A model generated the notes under the pieces. It was not told the origin of the DNA. It was given only the letters and a program-made list of their open reading frames with translations, and did no database searches. The position numbers and the translations under genes were made by a program. This document shows, piece after piece, positions 30,612 to 42,072 of a stretch of DNA of 64,000 nucleotides (the stretch's first letter is position 1; each line of letters begins with the position of its first letter). Source of the stretch: an uncultured Candidatus Saccharibacteria bacterium (lineage in GTDB: Bacteria > Patescibacteriota > Minisyncoccia > Phycocordibacterales > CALRHW01); the NCBI GenBank assembly GCA_964407105.1, contig CAYOUG010000001.1:8059-72058 (forward strand), given 5' to 3'.

Positions 30612-31604
30612 TTATTTTCTTTTCAAAACCTTATCAACCGCCTCAGTGATTGCTTTTTCTCCCATACCATAGTGTTCAATAAGTTCTGCTGGCGTTCCTG
30701 ACTGACCAAATTTATCTTTTACTCCAACAAATTCAATCGGTACAGGTTTGTGTTGAGCAAGACATTCTGTCACAGCGCTTCCCATTCCTCCCGCTATTTG
30801 ATGCTCTTCGACTGTTACAATTGCGCCAGTTTCTTGCGCAAGATCGATGAGCGCTTTTTCATCGAGAGGTTTTATCGTCGATAAATTTAAAACTTTCACA
30901 CCAACACCTTTTTCGGTGAAATTTTTTGCAACCATTAATGCCTTGTGCACAAGCGCGCCCGTAGCCACAATTCCAACCTGAGCAAATCCATTTTCTGGAG
31001 CAAAAAATATCTGCGCTTTTCCAATTTCAAATGGAGTATCGATGGTGGTTATCACTGGAGTTTTATCTCGAATCAAACGAATATATACGGGGGTGTTTGT
31101 TTGAGCTGCGGCAAGTGTCGCCTTTTTTGCTTCTATATGATCGCACGGAGAAAGCACTACCAGATTTGGTATCACACGTGTAATCGCCAAGTCTTCTATC
31201 GCTTGATGTGTGCCGCCGTCTGGTCCAACAGAAATACCCGCGTGTGATCCAGCGATTTTTACAGGTCGATCGTTATAGCAAATTGTCGTGCGAATTTGCT
31301 CCCAATTTCTTCCGGGAGAAAACATTGCATAGGAAGTAATAAAAGGAATTTTTCCCATCGCCGCCATGCCGGATGCTACCGACGCAAGATTTTGCTCGGC
31401 CACCCCCATTTCAATAAAACGCTCCGGAAACTTTTGCGCAAAAAGATGTGTTTGTGTTGATTCTGTAAGATCAGCGCAAAGTGCCACTACTCGTTCATCA
31501 GTAATACCCGCAGTAAGCAAACCCTCACCATACCCTTTTCGTATCGGCACTTGTTCGACATCTGCGTCAAATACTTTTGGGTTTAAATGTAAATTATTAT
31601 TCAT
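30612..31604 (-). CDS. Transketolase, C-terminal subunit
   Basis: GVAEQN, GPDGGTHQ, TVEEHQ..GGMGS. Confidence 0.92.
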   Translation of the reverse strand: MNNNLHLNPKVFDADVEQVPIRKGYGEGLLTAGITDERVVALCADLTESTQTHLFAQKFPERFIEMGVAEQNLASVASGMAAMGKIPFITSYAMFSPGRNWEQIRTTICYNDRPVKIAGSHAGISVGPDGGTHQAIEDLAITRVIPNLVVLSPCDHIEAKKATLAAAQTNTPVYIRLIRDKTPVITTIDTPFEIGKAQIFFAPENGFAQVGIVATGALVHKALMVAKNFTEKGVGVKVLNLSTIKPLDEKALIDLAQETGAIVTVEEHQIAGGMGSAVTECLAQHKPVPIEFVGVKDKFGQSGTPAELIEHYGMGEKAITEAVDKVLKRK

Positions 31605-32469
31605 GTTCGCTTTTAATTTTTCCCTCTAGGGTGCGCAACTCTTTAATTGCCATTGCCGCCTCTTCTTTGTTTGGCGGCTTACCATGCCATTCGTATTTTC
31701 GCTCAAAACCATGCACACCCTTACCTGGAATTGTATGAGCAATAATTATTGTTGGCTTTTCAAAAGTTGCTTTTGCGCGCTGTACTGCATAAATAATTTC
31801 TTCAAAATTGTGTCCATCTATTTCAAGCACATTCCAATTCCATGTTCGCCATTTTTCTGCTAAAGGTTCAAGTGGCATCACGTCTTCAGTAAAACCATCA
31901 ATCTGGATATTGTTACGATCAAGAATACCAATAATGTTTCGAAGTTTATGTTTACCGGCAAGCATTGCCGCCTCCCACACCTGACCCTCGTTGAGTTCGC
32001 CATCACTCATAAGACAATAAATATATCTATCATTTGAAATTCCCCGATCCATTCTGTCTGCAAGTGCCATACCCACCGCCTGCGAAAGACCAGAACCAAG
32101 TGGACCAGAACTATTTTCAAGCATTGGTAAAAATTCACGATGCGGATGTCCTTGCAAACGCGAACCAAACTTTCGCAAAGTCATGAGCTCTCCCACCGGA
32201 AAATATCCGGAATGTGCCATGGAAGCATAAAGTACTGGACAAATATGTCCGTTTGAAAGTACGACACGATCACGTTCTGCCCACTTTGGATTACGTGGAT
32301 TGTGTTTGAGAATATGAAAATATAAAGCTGTAAAAATATCTGCCATACCAAGGGGGCCAGCAGTGTGTCCTGAGCCAGCCTCAAGAAGCATTGAAATAAT
32401 AGAACGACGAATTTCGTTTGCTTTTAGCTCAAGCTCTTGAATTTTTTCTTCAGTAAATGTTTTACGCAT
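31597..32469 (-). CDS. Transketolase, N-terminal subunit
   Basis: GSGH, RDRVVLSNGH, SDGELNEG..WEA TPP-binding motif. Confidence 0.92.
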   Translation of the reverse strand: MRKTFTEEKIQELELKANEIRRSIISMLLEAGSGHTAGPLGMADIFTALYFHILKHNPRNPKWAERDRVVLSNGHICPVLYASMAHSGYFPVGELMTLRKFGSRLQGHPHREFLPMLENSSGPLGSGLSQAVGMALADRMDRGISNDRYIYCLMSDGELNEGQVWEAAMLAGKHKLRNIIGILDRNNIQIDGFTEDVMPLEPLAEKWRTWNWNVLEIDGHNFEEIIYAVQRAKATFEKPTIIIAHTIPGKGVHGFERKYEWHGKPPNKEEAAMAIKELRTLEGKIKSEHE

Positions 32470-32474
32470 TAAAT

Positions 32475-33188
32475 TTAGGCAAACAAATGTTCAAAAGCAG
32501 ATACAGCACTTGGCACATCTTCTTGTGCAAAAATTGCAGATCCAACAACAAGTCTCTTTACACCCGCTTCAATTAGTTTCGGCGCCACATCCAAACTGAC
32601 ACCACCATCAACACTAAGTATAAGATCTGGATACTTTGTATGCAAATCTGTAATTTTTTCAAAAACACGTTCATCAAAATCGCTTCCCTGTATGCCTATG
32701 TCTGCAATTCCCATAAGTTGAACAAAATCGATATCTTCAACAAAAGGATACACAGACTCAACTGACGCATTCATGCCGAGCGCAAAACCAATCTCAGTGT
32801 AAAGTGGTGACTCTTTTGCAACAGCACTTTTTCGTATCACATCAAGAAATGTTTTTGGTTCAATAACAGATTCCATGTGAAAAATCAGACGCTTTGCTCC
32901 AGCTTTAACCCAATCACGCCACACTTTTTCTGGTTCACGAATCATAAGGTCAACCTCAAAATCTACATCATTCCAAAATGGAAAACCTTCATCTTCACTT
33001 AAAATACGTACAAAATTTCTGTCAAAATCGGCGCCCAAATATGGCCAAGTGCGTTTTGGCGTAAGACGTCCATCCATTACATCTATTTGAATAAGCGGTA
33101 CAAGCTGAGCCACAAGAGAAATTTTTTCCTCAAGGTCTTCAAAACTCGTTGGCATTATTGCTGGAATTATTTCAATTTTTGATTTCAT
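32475..33188 (-). CDS. rpe: Ribulose-phosphate 3-epimerase
   Basis: IDVMDG, FHME, SVDGGV, VVGSAIF. Confidence 0.88.
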   Translation of the reverse strand: MKSKIEIIPAIMPTSFEDLEEKISLVAQLVPLIQIDVMDGRLTPKRTWPYLGADFDRNFVRILSEDEGFPFWNDVDFEVDLMIREPEKVWRDWVKAGAKRLIFHMESVIEPKTFLDVIRKSAVAKESPLYTEIGFALGMNASVESVYPFVEDIDFVQLMGIADIGIQGSDFDERVFEKITDLHTKYPDLILSVDGGVSLDVAPKLIEAGVKRLVVGSAIFAQEDVPSAVSAFEHLFA

Positions 33189-33651
33189 CTATTTTTTTGA
33201 GTCGACGAGTGTGACGTTCATCGCCAGTAAATGGTGTAGCAAGCCATATTTCCACCGCATCTTTTGCATCTTTTTCAGAAAGAAAACGTGCACCGAGTGA
33301 AAGAATGTTTGCGTCATTGTGTTCTCGAGAAACAATTATTTCATGAGGTATCACACGATCATTTTCTGGTTTGTATTGACCGTTAAAAACAACCGCCCGC
33401 ACGTGTGGTAAACGGTTTGCTGTTATGGCTTCACCCTGACCAGAACCGCCAATAATAATTCCCTTTTGCTTTCCTTCACTTTTTGAAACTTCACGCGCAA
33501 GTGGAATAATAAAATCTGGATAATCGTCATCAGCATTAAATTCAAGTGCGCCAAAATCTTTTACTTCATATCCTAAATCACGCAAAAATGGCATGAGTTC
33601 TGCTTTAAGTTCAAAACCGGCGTGATCGGCTGCAATTAAAATTTTTTCCAT
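33172..33651 (-). CDS. rpiB: Ribose-5-phosphate isomerase B
   Basis: AADHAGF, DYPD, GGSGQGE, SREHNDAN, RHTRR. Confidence 0.92.
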   Translation of the reverse strand: MEKILIAADHAGFELKAELMPFLRDLGYEVKDFGALEFNADDDYPDFIIPLAREVSKSEGKQKGIIIGGSGQGEAITANRLPHVRAVVFNGQYKPENDRVIPHEIIVSREHNDANILSLGARFLSEKDAKDAVEIWLATPFTGDERHTRRLKKIDEIKN

Positions 33652-33767
33652 GCATATATTGTACCACGCGACACGACACAGAAAAAATACTTGACACAAT
33701 AATAAATTATCAATACAGTGTTTTAAGTCTCTTGTTCCCCAACACTCTCAACGAAAGGAGTATTTCA

Positions 33768-34118
33768 ATGGGAAAAATTATCGGATTGAGCTTCTCTCGT
33801 TGTGTGGCTGCCATTGCACGAGATGAAGAATCACCTGAAGATGTAGTGAAAATCTACACAAGCACTCGTATTTCCACAAACGAAGCGTGGAAAGCGGCAC
33901 TTCTGTGGCATCAACAACACCGCTGGCAAAACGACAACCCGCATCTTTGCATGCAAATTGCCGTCAAGCTCATCAAAGCTAAGAAGATTATCCAGCCATG
34001 GATCACAAAGGGTGTGGTGCCCGAAGTGATCAGCAACGACAAAATCTGGATCCTAGAATCAGAGGAAGGAAAAATCGTCTGGATCCAAGCGCCACAGGTT
34101 GTCCAAAAGCAAAGCTAA
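33768..34118 (+). CDS. Hypothetical protein (orphan cassette)
   Basis: TTGACA at 33691, AAGGAG SD, hairpin terminator near 34160-34190. Confidence 0.65.
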   Translation: MGKIIGLSFSRCVAAIARDEESPEDVVKIYTSTRISTNEAWKAALLWHQQHRWQNDNPHLCMQIAVKLIKAKKIIQPWITKGVVPEVISNDKIWILESEEGKIVWIQAPQVVQKQS

Positions 34119-34210
34119 CAAACCGAGCACACCAAAAAGCTCGATCACCATCACCCCCGCAAAACCCCCCGTGGTCTGCGAGGGTTTTTGTTTTAAAATT
34201 TATTGTTTTT

Positions 34211-35236
34211 TTAAATCGCCGCACCGGTTTTCATCACATGATCCACAAGGGTGTGCGTATACCCCATTTCGTTGTCGTACCATGCAAGAACTTTTACAAG
34301 ATTGCCACCTACCACGCGAGTAAAAGAAAGATCGGCGATAGATGCATATTTACTTCCTTTAATGTCTGAAGATACCAACTGTTCTTCTGTCACTGAAAAA
34401 ATATTTCTCCATCTGTTTTGTTGTGATGCTTTTTTTAGAAGTCCGTTTATCTCTTCCACGCTTGTATCTCGCTTTGCGATAAATGTAATGTCAGCAATAG
34501 AACCAACCACTACCGGTACACGCATTGAGATACCATCAAATTTCCCCACAAGCTCTGGGAATGCTTTTGTAACAGCGATAGCCGCACCGGTGGTGGAAGG
34601 AACAATATTTTGCGCCGCAGCGCGACCTTCACGGAAATCTTTTTTACTTGGACCGTCTACAATAGACTGACTTGCTGTGTAAGCGTGCACAGTATTTAGA
34701 ACTGCTTTTTCAATACCAATAGTTTCATGCAAAATAGCAATAAGCGGACTTGCGGAATTGGTCGTACACGAAGCGTTTGAAGAAATAACACATGTTTCAA
34801 ATTTTTCTTCGTTGATACCCATTAGTATCGTTCCTGTATCAGCTGTTGCTTCATCTTTTGCTGGTGCGGTAATCACCACCCGTTTTGCACCAGCAGAAAT
34901 GTGCACACGTGCCTTTTCAAATTCCACAAAAAAACCAGTAGACTCTACCACAACGTCAATATCAAGTGCTTTCCATGGAAGCGAAGCCGGATCTTTTTCG
35001 CTAAAATATGCAATTTCATCACCGTCAACAATTATTTTTTTCTTATCTGAAGATACTTCTACATCAAACGGACTCACACCATATGCAGTATCGTATTTAA
35101 GTAAATATGCAATATTGTCGATATTTCCAAGATCATTTATTGCAACGATTTGAATTTCTTTATGTTCACGCGCCACTTTTATAAACGCTCGCCCTATTCG
35201 TCCTGCACCATTTATTGCAACTTTTATTTTTTTCAT
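34211..35236 (-). CDS. gap: Glyceraldehyde-3-phosphate dehydrogenase
   Basis: INGAGRIGR, SNASCTTN, WYDNEMGY. Confidence 0.96.
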   Translation of the reverse strand: MKKIKVAINGAGRIGRAFIKVAREHKEIQIVAINDLGNIDNIAYLLKYDTAYGVSPFDVEVSSDKKKIIVDGDEIAYFSEKDPASLPWKALDIDVVVESTGFFVEFEKARVHISAGAKRVVITAPAKDEATADTGTILMGINEEKFETCVISSNASCTTNSASPLIAILHETIGIEKAVLNTVHAYTASQSIVDGPSKKDFREGRAAAQNIVPSTTGAAIAVTKAFPELVGKFDGISMRVPVVVGSIADITFIAKRDTSVEEINGLLKKASQQNRWRNIFSVTEEQLVSSDIKGSKYASIADLSFTRVVGGNLVKVLAWYDNEMGYTHTLVDHVMKTGAAI

Positions 35237-35364
35237 TGTCTAATTCTTTTAATCTGTAAGTGATTATAGTATACCACTACTCTTAAAAAGTTATAGAAAA
35301 AGACAGCTCCTTTGAAAAAGCTGTCTTTTGTGGTGGCAAAAAATCTTTCGATCATCACCAACCA

Positions 35365-36309
35365 CTATTGTGTTGCTACGATTTTTTCCTTTCTTTTGAA
35401 GATGGTTTCAATGTGAGGCTTGCCTTCAGAATCAAATCTGGGAACTTTCACGTCCCAAACAAGTCTGAGTTGTGCGAGAGTCCAGATGAGATACCACGTG
35501 GGGTCGATTTCCCACCACGAAATTCCGTGACGCGCAGAGTTTTGGATCGCGTGATGATTGTTGTGATTACCCTCACCAAAACCAATGATGGCAAGAATGG
35601 GGTTGTTTACACTATGATCATCAGTATCAAATCTCCTTATGCCCCAAATGTGACAAATTGAGTTGATACTCCACGTAATGTGATAGACGATGAAAAGCCG
35701 AATCATTCCTCCCCACAAAAATCCAAACAACGCCCCCTTCCAAGACCAAGAGATGAGTCCGCCGATCAAGCCCGGCAACAAAAGACCCAGCACAAACCAC
35801 AGAACAAAATACTTATTTACAAAAACAAGCGCTGGGTCACGAGACAGGTGTTTTGTGTACTGATCTTCTTTTGAATGACGGGGTTGCGAAAACCATCCCA
35901 TATGGGCGTGGTAAAAACCAAGCCAAAAACCATTCCATCCATCACCGTGTAGATGTGGTGAATGCGGATCTCCGATCTGGTCTGAGTACTGGTGGTGAAC
36001 ACTATGATCTGCGACCCATCGAAAAAATGAATTTTGTCCAGACATTGATCCACAAATCGCAAGTGTTATCTGAGTCCATCTGTAAGTCTTGTAAGAAGCG
36101 TGTGTAAACAATCGGTGAAAACCGGCAGTCACACCAAAACCACTCACAAAGACAAACACGATGAACAAGGAAAGAGATGTCGCGTCAATTCCCCGATTCC
36201 ACCAGTAAAAAACACCCCAGATGGCCACCAGAAATGGTGCCCAAACAAAAAAGTGAGTTAGGGCTTTTTCTGCCTTTCCAGGCCCAGCATGAAGTCCAGA
36301 TCTACTCAT
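35365..36309 (-). CDS. Membrane fatty-acyl (delta-9-like) desaturase
   Basis: Three His boxes HRLFTH, HSVHH, HNNHH; DPHSP; GGAGG SD. Confidence 0.92.
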   Translation of the reverse strand: MSRSGLHAGPGKAEKALTHFFVWAPFLVAIWGVFYWWNRGIDATSLSLFIVFVFVSGFGVTAGFHRLFTHASYKTYRWTQITLAICGSMSGQNSFFRWVADHSVHHQYSDQIGDPHSPHLHGDGWNGFWLGFYHAHMGWFSQPRHSKEDQYTKHLSRDPALVFVNKYFVLWFVLGLLLPGLIGGLISWSWKGALFGFLWGGMIRLFIVYHITWSINSICHIWGIRRFDTDDHSVNNPILAIIGFGEGNHNNHHAIQNSARHGISWWEIDPTWYLIWTLAQLRLVWDVKVPRFDSEGKPHIETIFKRKEKIVATQ

Positions 36310-36366
36310 GATTGACCTCCAAAAGGTAGAGTAGTAAGAAAAAAACAACAAGGAACGCCAAATTTA

Positions 36367-36864
36367 CTATATCACAACAGTATCATCTACTTTTATATTG
36401 TTTTTTTGTGCCGATCCAGCGTTTATTTCAAGTACGTATAATGATTTTTCTGTTGGTGTAAAAATTTTCGGAAAAGATTCTGGTGTAGCGTTTTTTTCTA
36501 TTCCCACGATTTTCATATTTTCACCAATCCAAATAATATCTATTGGAAAAAGCATGTCTTTCATCCAAATACCCGCATATTCTGGTGCGTTTAGTATAAA
36601 AAGTAGACCGCTTTGTGCATCAAGTGAGGTTTTTCCCGAAAGTCCTTGAGCGCGTTTTTGTGGTGTATCGGCAACGTCTATATTAAAAAATATTGATGTG
36701 CTGTTAGAAGAAATAATTTTTAGAGTTTTTGTATTTTTTATTTCAGAAATCGTATTTTGATCAAAAGTAACTGGCGCTCTAGCTAAATATTTCGGTAAAA
36801 AAAACATTAAACCAAGCGCACAAAGAACAATGCAAAAAATAATTAGAAGTATTTTGCTTTTCAT
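36367..36864 (-). CDS. DUF192 family protein
   Basis: ADTPQKRAQGLS, WMKDMLFPIDIIW, VLEINAG. Confidence 0.88.
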   Translation of the reverse strand: MKSKILLIIFCIVLCALGLMFFLPKYLARAPVTFDQNTISEIKNTKTLKIISSNSTSIFFNIDVADTPQKRAQGLSGKTSLDAQSGLLFILNAPEYAGIWMKDMLFPIDIIWIGENMKIVGIEKNATPESFPKIFTPTEKSLYVLEINAGSAQKNNIKVDDTVVI

Positions 36865-36885
36865 AACAACAAGTATAGCAAACTC

Positions 36886-37158
36886 TCAAACTCTCCGTGG
36901 AGGTCGATCTTCCATTGGACGAGCTTCATTTACGATAAGATTGCGACCGTCGAGTGGTTTTCCGTGCCACATTTCTATCGCCTTTTTAGCTTCTTCTGGA
37001 GTAGACATTTCCACAAAACCAAAACCGCGAGATCGATTTGTTTCTCTATCAATAATAATAGAAGCTGACACCACTGTGCCGGCCTTTGCAAATGCATCTT
37101 TTAAACCATTTTCATTAACACCATATGAGATACCACCAACATATAATTTTATTGCCAT
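36886..37158 (-). CDS. RRM-domain RNA-binding protein
   Basis: RNP2 KLYVGGI and RNP1 RGFGFVEM. Confidence 0.93.
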   Translation of the reverse strand: MAIKLYVGGISYGVNENGLKDAFAKAGTVVSASIIIDRETNRSRGFGFVEMSTPEEAKKAIEMWHGKPLDGRNLIVNEARPMEDRPPRRV

Positions 37159-37397
37159 AAATAAATTTTAACGACAGGCAGACAAAAGTCAATTATTTAA
37201 TAAGGTGGATAGACTCATTGACGCCACCACAAATGAGTATAGTATGAAATATAGGAATAGAGTGTACGAGTTTTACACAACCCAAACCGCAGAAAGGGAT
37301 CCTCTCAGACACCATCTCTCCTGTGACCAGCGCGGATCACCGAAGAGCTGTTTGAGCTGTGCACAAACTCGGTGGTGTTTTCCATATTCACCTCTCC

Positions 37398-38006
37398 TCA
37401 CCTCCGTTCCTCCCTCTCACGTCTGACCACAGGCGTGAGGGGTTTTATTTTATATCTAAAACATTGTGTTGTGTGATCATTTACCATTCCTGTCGCTTGC
37501 ATAAACGCATAACAAATAGTAGAGCCGACAAATTTAAAACCGCGCGCTTTCATATCTTTACTCATCGCATCAGACTCTGCACTTCGTGCTGGCAAATCTT
37601 TGTGTGTCTTCCACGCATTCACTTTTGGTTTCCCTCCCACAAACTGCCAAATATATGCATCGAAAGAGCCGAATTCTTTTTGTACACGCAAAAATTCTTT
37701 TGCATTTGTTATGGTCGCACGAATTTTAAGCTGATTTCGAATAATGCCCGCATCTTGCATCAATGTCGCGATTTTCTTTTCATCATACCGTGCAATCTTC
37801 CGCGCATTAAAATTGCTGAAAGCTTTACGAAAATTCTCTCGTTTTTTTAAAATAGTAAACCAAGAAAGTCCAGCTTGAAATCCATCAAGCAAAATAGCTT
37901 CAAAAAGTTTTTGATCATTGTGCAAAGGAACGCCCCATTCTGTGTCGTGATACTTTTGGTAAAGTGCGTCATCGCTCACCCATCCGCAACGGATTTTTTG
38001 TTTCAT
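37398..38006 (-). CDS. tag: DNA-3-methyladenine glycosylase I
   Basis: RCGW, YHDTEWG, QAGLSW, IIRNQLKI, GMVNDH...C. Confidence 0.94.
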   Translation of the reverse strand: MKQKIRCGWVSDDALYQKYHDTEWGVPLHNDQKLFEAILLDGFQAGLSWFTILKKRENFRKAFSNFNARKIARYDEKKIATLMQDAGIIRNQLKIRATITNAKEFLRVQKEFGSFDAYIWQFVGGKPKVNAWKTHKDLPARSAESDAMSKDMKARGFKFVGSTICYAFMQATGMVNDHTTQCFRYKIKPLTPVVRREREERR

Positions 38007-38008
38007 TT

Positions 38009-38098
38009 TGGCGGAAGATAAGGGATTTGAACCCTTGATGGAGTTTCCCCCATACCGCCTTTCCAAGGCGGCGCACTAGACCACTATGCGAATCTTCC
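38009..38098 (-). tRNA. tRNA-Ser(GGA), CCA encoded
   Basis: Acceptor GGAAGAT/ATCTTCC, anticodon arm CCGCC-TTGGAAA-GGCGG, long variable arm, ends GCCA. Confidence 0.94.
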
Positions 38099-38141
38099 TC
38101 AATTTTTCCACACACGGCGCGTCTTACAGCGCGCCGCTCAT

Positions 38142-39044
38142 TTATCTACTATCCTTCATCCCACGCAAAATTTCAATACGTTCTGCTACTGGTGGATGTG
38201 TCATAAAAAGTTTTGAGAATCCACCTTTTGAGAGAGCACCGAAAGGATTCATGATAAAAAGATGAGCTGTGGCATTGTGTGCATGAGTAAGAGGAATGGC
38301 TTGTGATGTACGTGAAATTTTTTCAAGCGCTGATGCGAGTCCTTCTGGATAACGTGTGAGTAAGGCGCCAGACGCGTCAGCAAGAAATTCTCTTTTGCGC
38401 GATATGGCAAGACGAATAATAAGTGCAACAATTGGCGCAAGTATCGCAAGCACAACTCCAATAATTACAAAAATTCCGCCACCAGAATTATTGTTTCTAT
38501 TTCGTCCACCAAACATAAGTGATCGCAAAAAGAAATCTGACGCAAGAGAAACAACTCCAGCCAAAACCACAATCAAAGTAGAAAGAAGCATGTCGCGATT
38601 GCCTATGTGTGAAAGTTCATGAGCAATGACACCCTCTAGCTCGGTGCGATTTAAAATTGTAAGAAGGCCGGTGGTCACTGCCACCACCGCATGTTCTTTA
38701 TTGCGTCCAGTTGCAAAAGCATTGGGTGATTGATCTTCAATAATATAAAGCTTTGGCATCGGCAAACCAGCAGTAATCGCCAAATTTTCTACGACATTCC
38801 ACAAGTCTCGGTGCGACTCACGTGTTGCTGGATGTGCTTTGTGAAGCGAAAGTACGAGTTTGTCTGACCACCAATACGCACCAATATTCATAATCACACT
38901 AAAAATTACTGCGAATACTAAAATTGCAGAATTGTTGTAAGCGACAGAAAAAACATAACCAAGAGCAATAATCAACACAAAAAAACTTGCCATAAAAAGC
39001 CACGTCTTAAAAATATTTTCGCTTTGGTGTTTGTAGATGTTCAT
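38142..39044 (-). CDS. htpX: M48 zinc metalloprotease HtpX
   Basis: PNAFATGR, HELSH, SRKREFLAD, THPP. Confidence 0.93.
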   Translation of the reverse strand: MNIYKHQSENIFKTWLFMASFFVLIIALGYVFSVAYNNSAILVFAVIFSVIMNIGAYWWSDKLVLSLHKAHPATRESHRDLWNVVENLAITAGLPMPKLYIIEDQSPNAFATGRNKEHAVVAVTTGLLTILNRTELEGVIAHELSHIGNRDMLLSTLIVVLAGVVSLASDFFLRSLMFGGRNRNNNSGGGIFVIIGVVLAILAPIVALIIRLAISRKREFLADASGALLTRYPEGLASALEKISRTSQAIPLTHAHNATAHLFIMNPFGALSKGGFSKLFMTHPPVAERIEILRGMKDSR

Positions 39045-39053
39045 AAGGTTGTG

Positions 39054-39169
39054 AAATTCGTTTTAATAGTATGTTCGGAGGGGGTCTCGAGCGCGACGGC
39101 GCGAGAGCTTCAGGATTTTTTAAGCTTCAAAAAATCCGTACCCGGAGAACATACTATTAAAACGAATTT
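39054..39169. repeat. Palindromic element, diverged family 1-like, copy D
   Basis: 23 bp perfect arms 39054-39076/39147-39169 around a 70 bp core with a GCGC-GACG-GCGC hairpin and a GGATTTTTT/AAAAAATCC hairpin. Confidence 0.8.
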
Positions 39170-39176
39170 TTATCAA

Positions 39177-39725
39177 CTAAAACTTCACCGCCACAGGCTC
39201 TTGCGCCACCGCATCGTCTGGGAGATCAAAAAATTCCATTTTTGAGAATTTAAACATTCCAGCAATAATATTTCCAGGAAATGATTCTATGCCGGTGTTG
39301 AGATCACGCACGTTTGTATTGTAAAAACGTCGCGCTGCTTGAATTTTGTTTTCTGTATCTGAAAGCTCACGCTGAAGCTCAAGAAAATTTTGGTTTGCTT
39401 TTAGATCTGGATACGCTTCTGAAATTGCAAAAATACTTTTAAGTGCACCTGTGAGCATATTTTCCGCCTTTCCTTTTTCTTCTATATTCCCTGCGCCCAT
39501 TGCGTTTGCACGAGCTTTTGTAACATTTTCAAACGCAGAACTTTCGTGAGTTGCATAACCCTTGACCGTCTCAACAAGATTTGGAATGAGATCGTAGCGA
39601 CGCTTGAGTTGTACCTCAATATCTGACCACGCTTCCTTTGCACGATTGATAAGTCGCACAAAACTGTTGTAAGAGAAAATGAACCAAAGAACAACAACTG
39701 CGACAATAATGAGTAAAATGTACAT
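39177..39725 (-). CDS. lemA: LemA family protein
   Basis: WSDIEVQLKRRYDLIPNLV, EAYPDLKAN, ARRFYN. Confidence 0.95.
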   Translation of the reverse strand: MYILLIIVAVVVLWFIFSYNSFVRLINRAKEAWSDIEVQLKRRYDLIPNLVETVKGYATHESSAFENVTKARANAMGAGNIEEKGKAENMLTGALKSIFAISEAYPDLKANQNFLELQRELSDTENKIQAARRFYNTNVRDLNTGIESFPGNIIAGMFKFSKMEFFDLPDDAVAQEPVAVKF

Positions 39726-39789
39726 ATTTTTATGATTAAATAATTAGGAACACATTATACCACAATTTTACTGGGTAAGTGTAAACGAT

Positions 39790-41466
<1,677 letters not shown>

Positions 41467-41526
41467 TTATGTGGTTTATTTCGCGCCGATTTTTTCCGGT
41501 CGTTTTTTTCGCGACATCCGCGTCAG

Positions 41527-41931
41527 TTATTTATTAATAATCGCCAAAATACTTTCTTCTTTTAAAATATAAAATTCTTTGCTATCGAGTGTAACGTCAT
41601 CAAAACCGTATTTTGAAAAAAGTACAATATCACCAACCTTAACCTTTACTGGTATAAGTTTGCCGTCGTTATAATGTCCTGGACCCACGGCCACCACCTC
41701 CCCTTGCTCAGGTTTTTCTTTTTGCACTGTTTCAGGAATGATAATACCGAAACTATTTGGCTTCGCTATTTCTTCCGCACTAAAAGGCCGCACAAGCACA
41801 CGGTCGCCAAGTGGCATGATGGGGTGTTTGAAAGATGGTGCAACAGGCTTTGTAACAGGTCGAGCTGCTGGTCGTGCGGGGGCTTTTTTCACACTCTTTT
41901 TCAAAATTTTCTGTTTCTTTTTTATAGCCAT
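41527..41931 (-). CDS. groS: Co-chaperonin GroES with a basic N-terminal extension
   Basis: PLGDRVLV, GIIIP, GEVVAVGPG, VKVGD.VLF. Confidence 0.92.
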   Translation of the reverse strand: MAIKKKQKILKKSVKKAPARPAARPVTKPVAPSFKHPIMPLGDRVLVRPFSAEEIAKPNSFGIIIPETVQKEKPEQGEVVAVGPGHYNDGKLIPVKVKVGDIVLFSKYGFDDVTLDSKEFYILKEESILAIINK

Positions 41932-42072
41932 AGATATATCTTTAGGGTAATTATTAATTAGGGTAAATACAATATTATCTGAAGACGATTTGGAGTCAAT
42001 ATTTAGAGATAAAATCTGTTTGTTATCGTGGGGGGGCGCAATGTAATAAATACTTTTAAACATGTTGTGTTA

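Noticed and set aside
41470-41526. GC-rich imperfect hairpin between groS and groL
   Set aside because: No long arms and no shared core with the palindromic families; probably an ordinary intercistronic stem.
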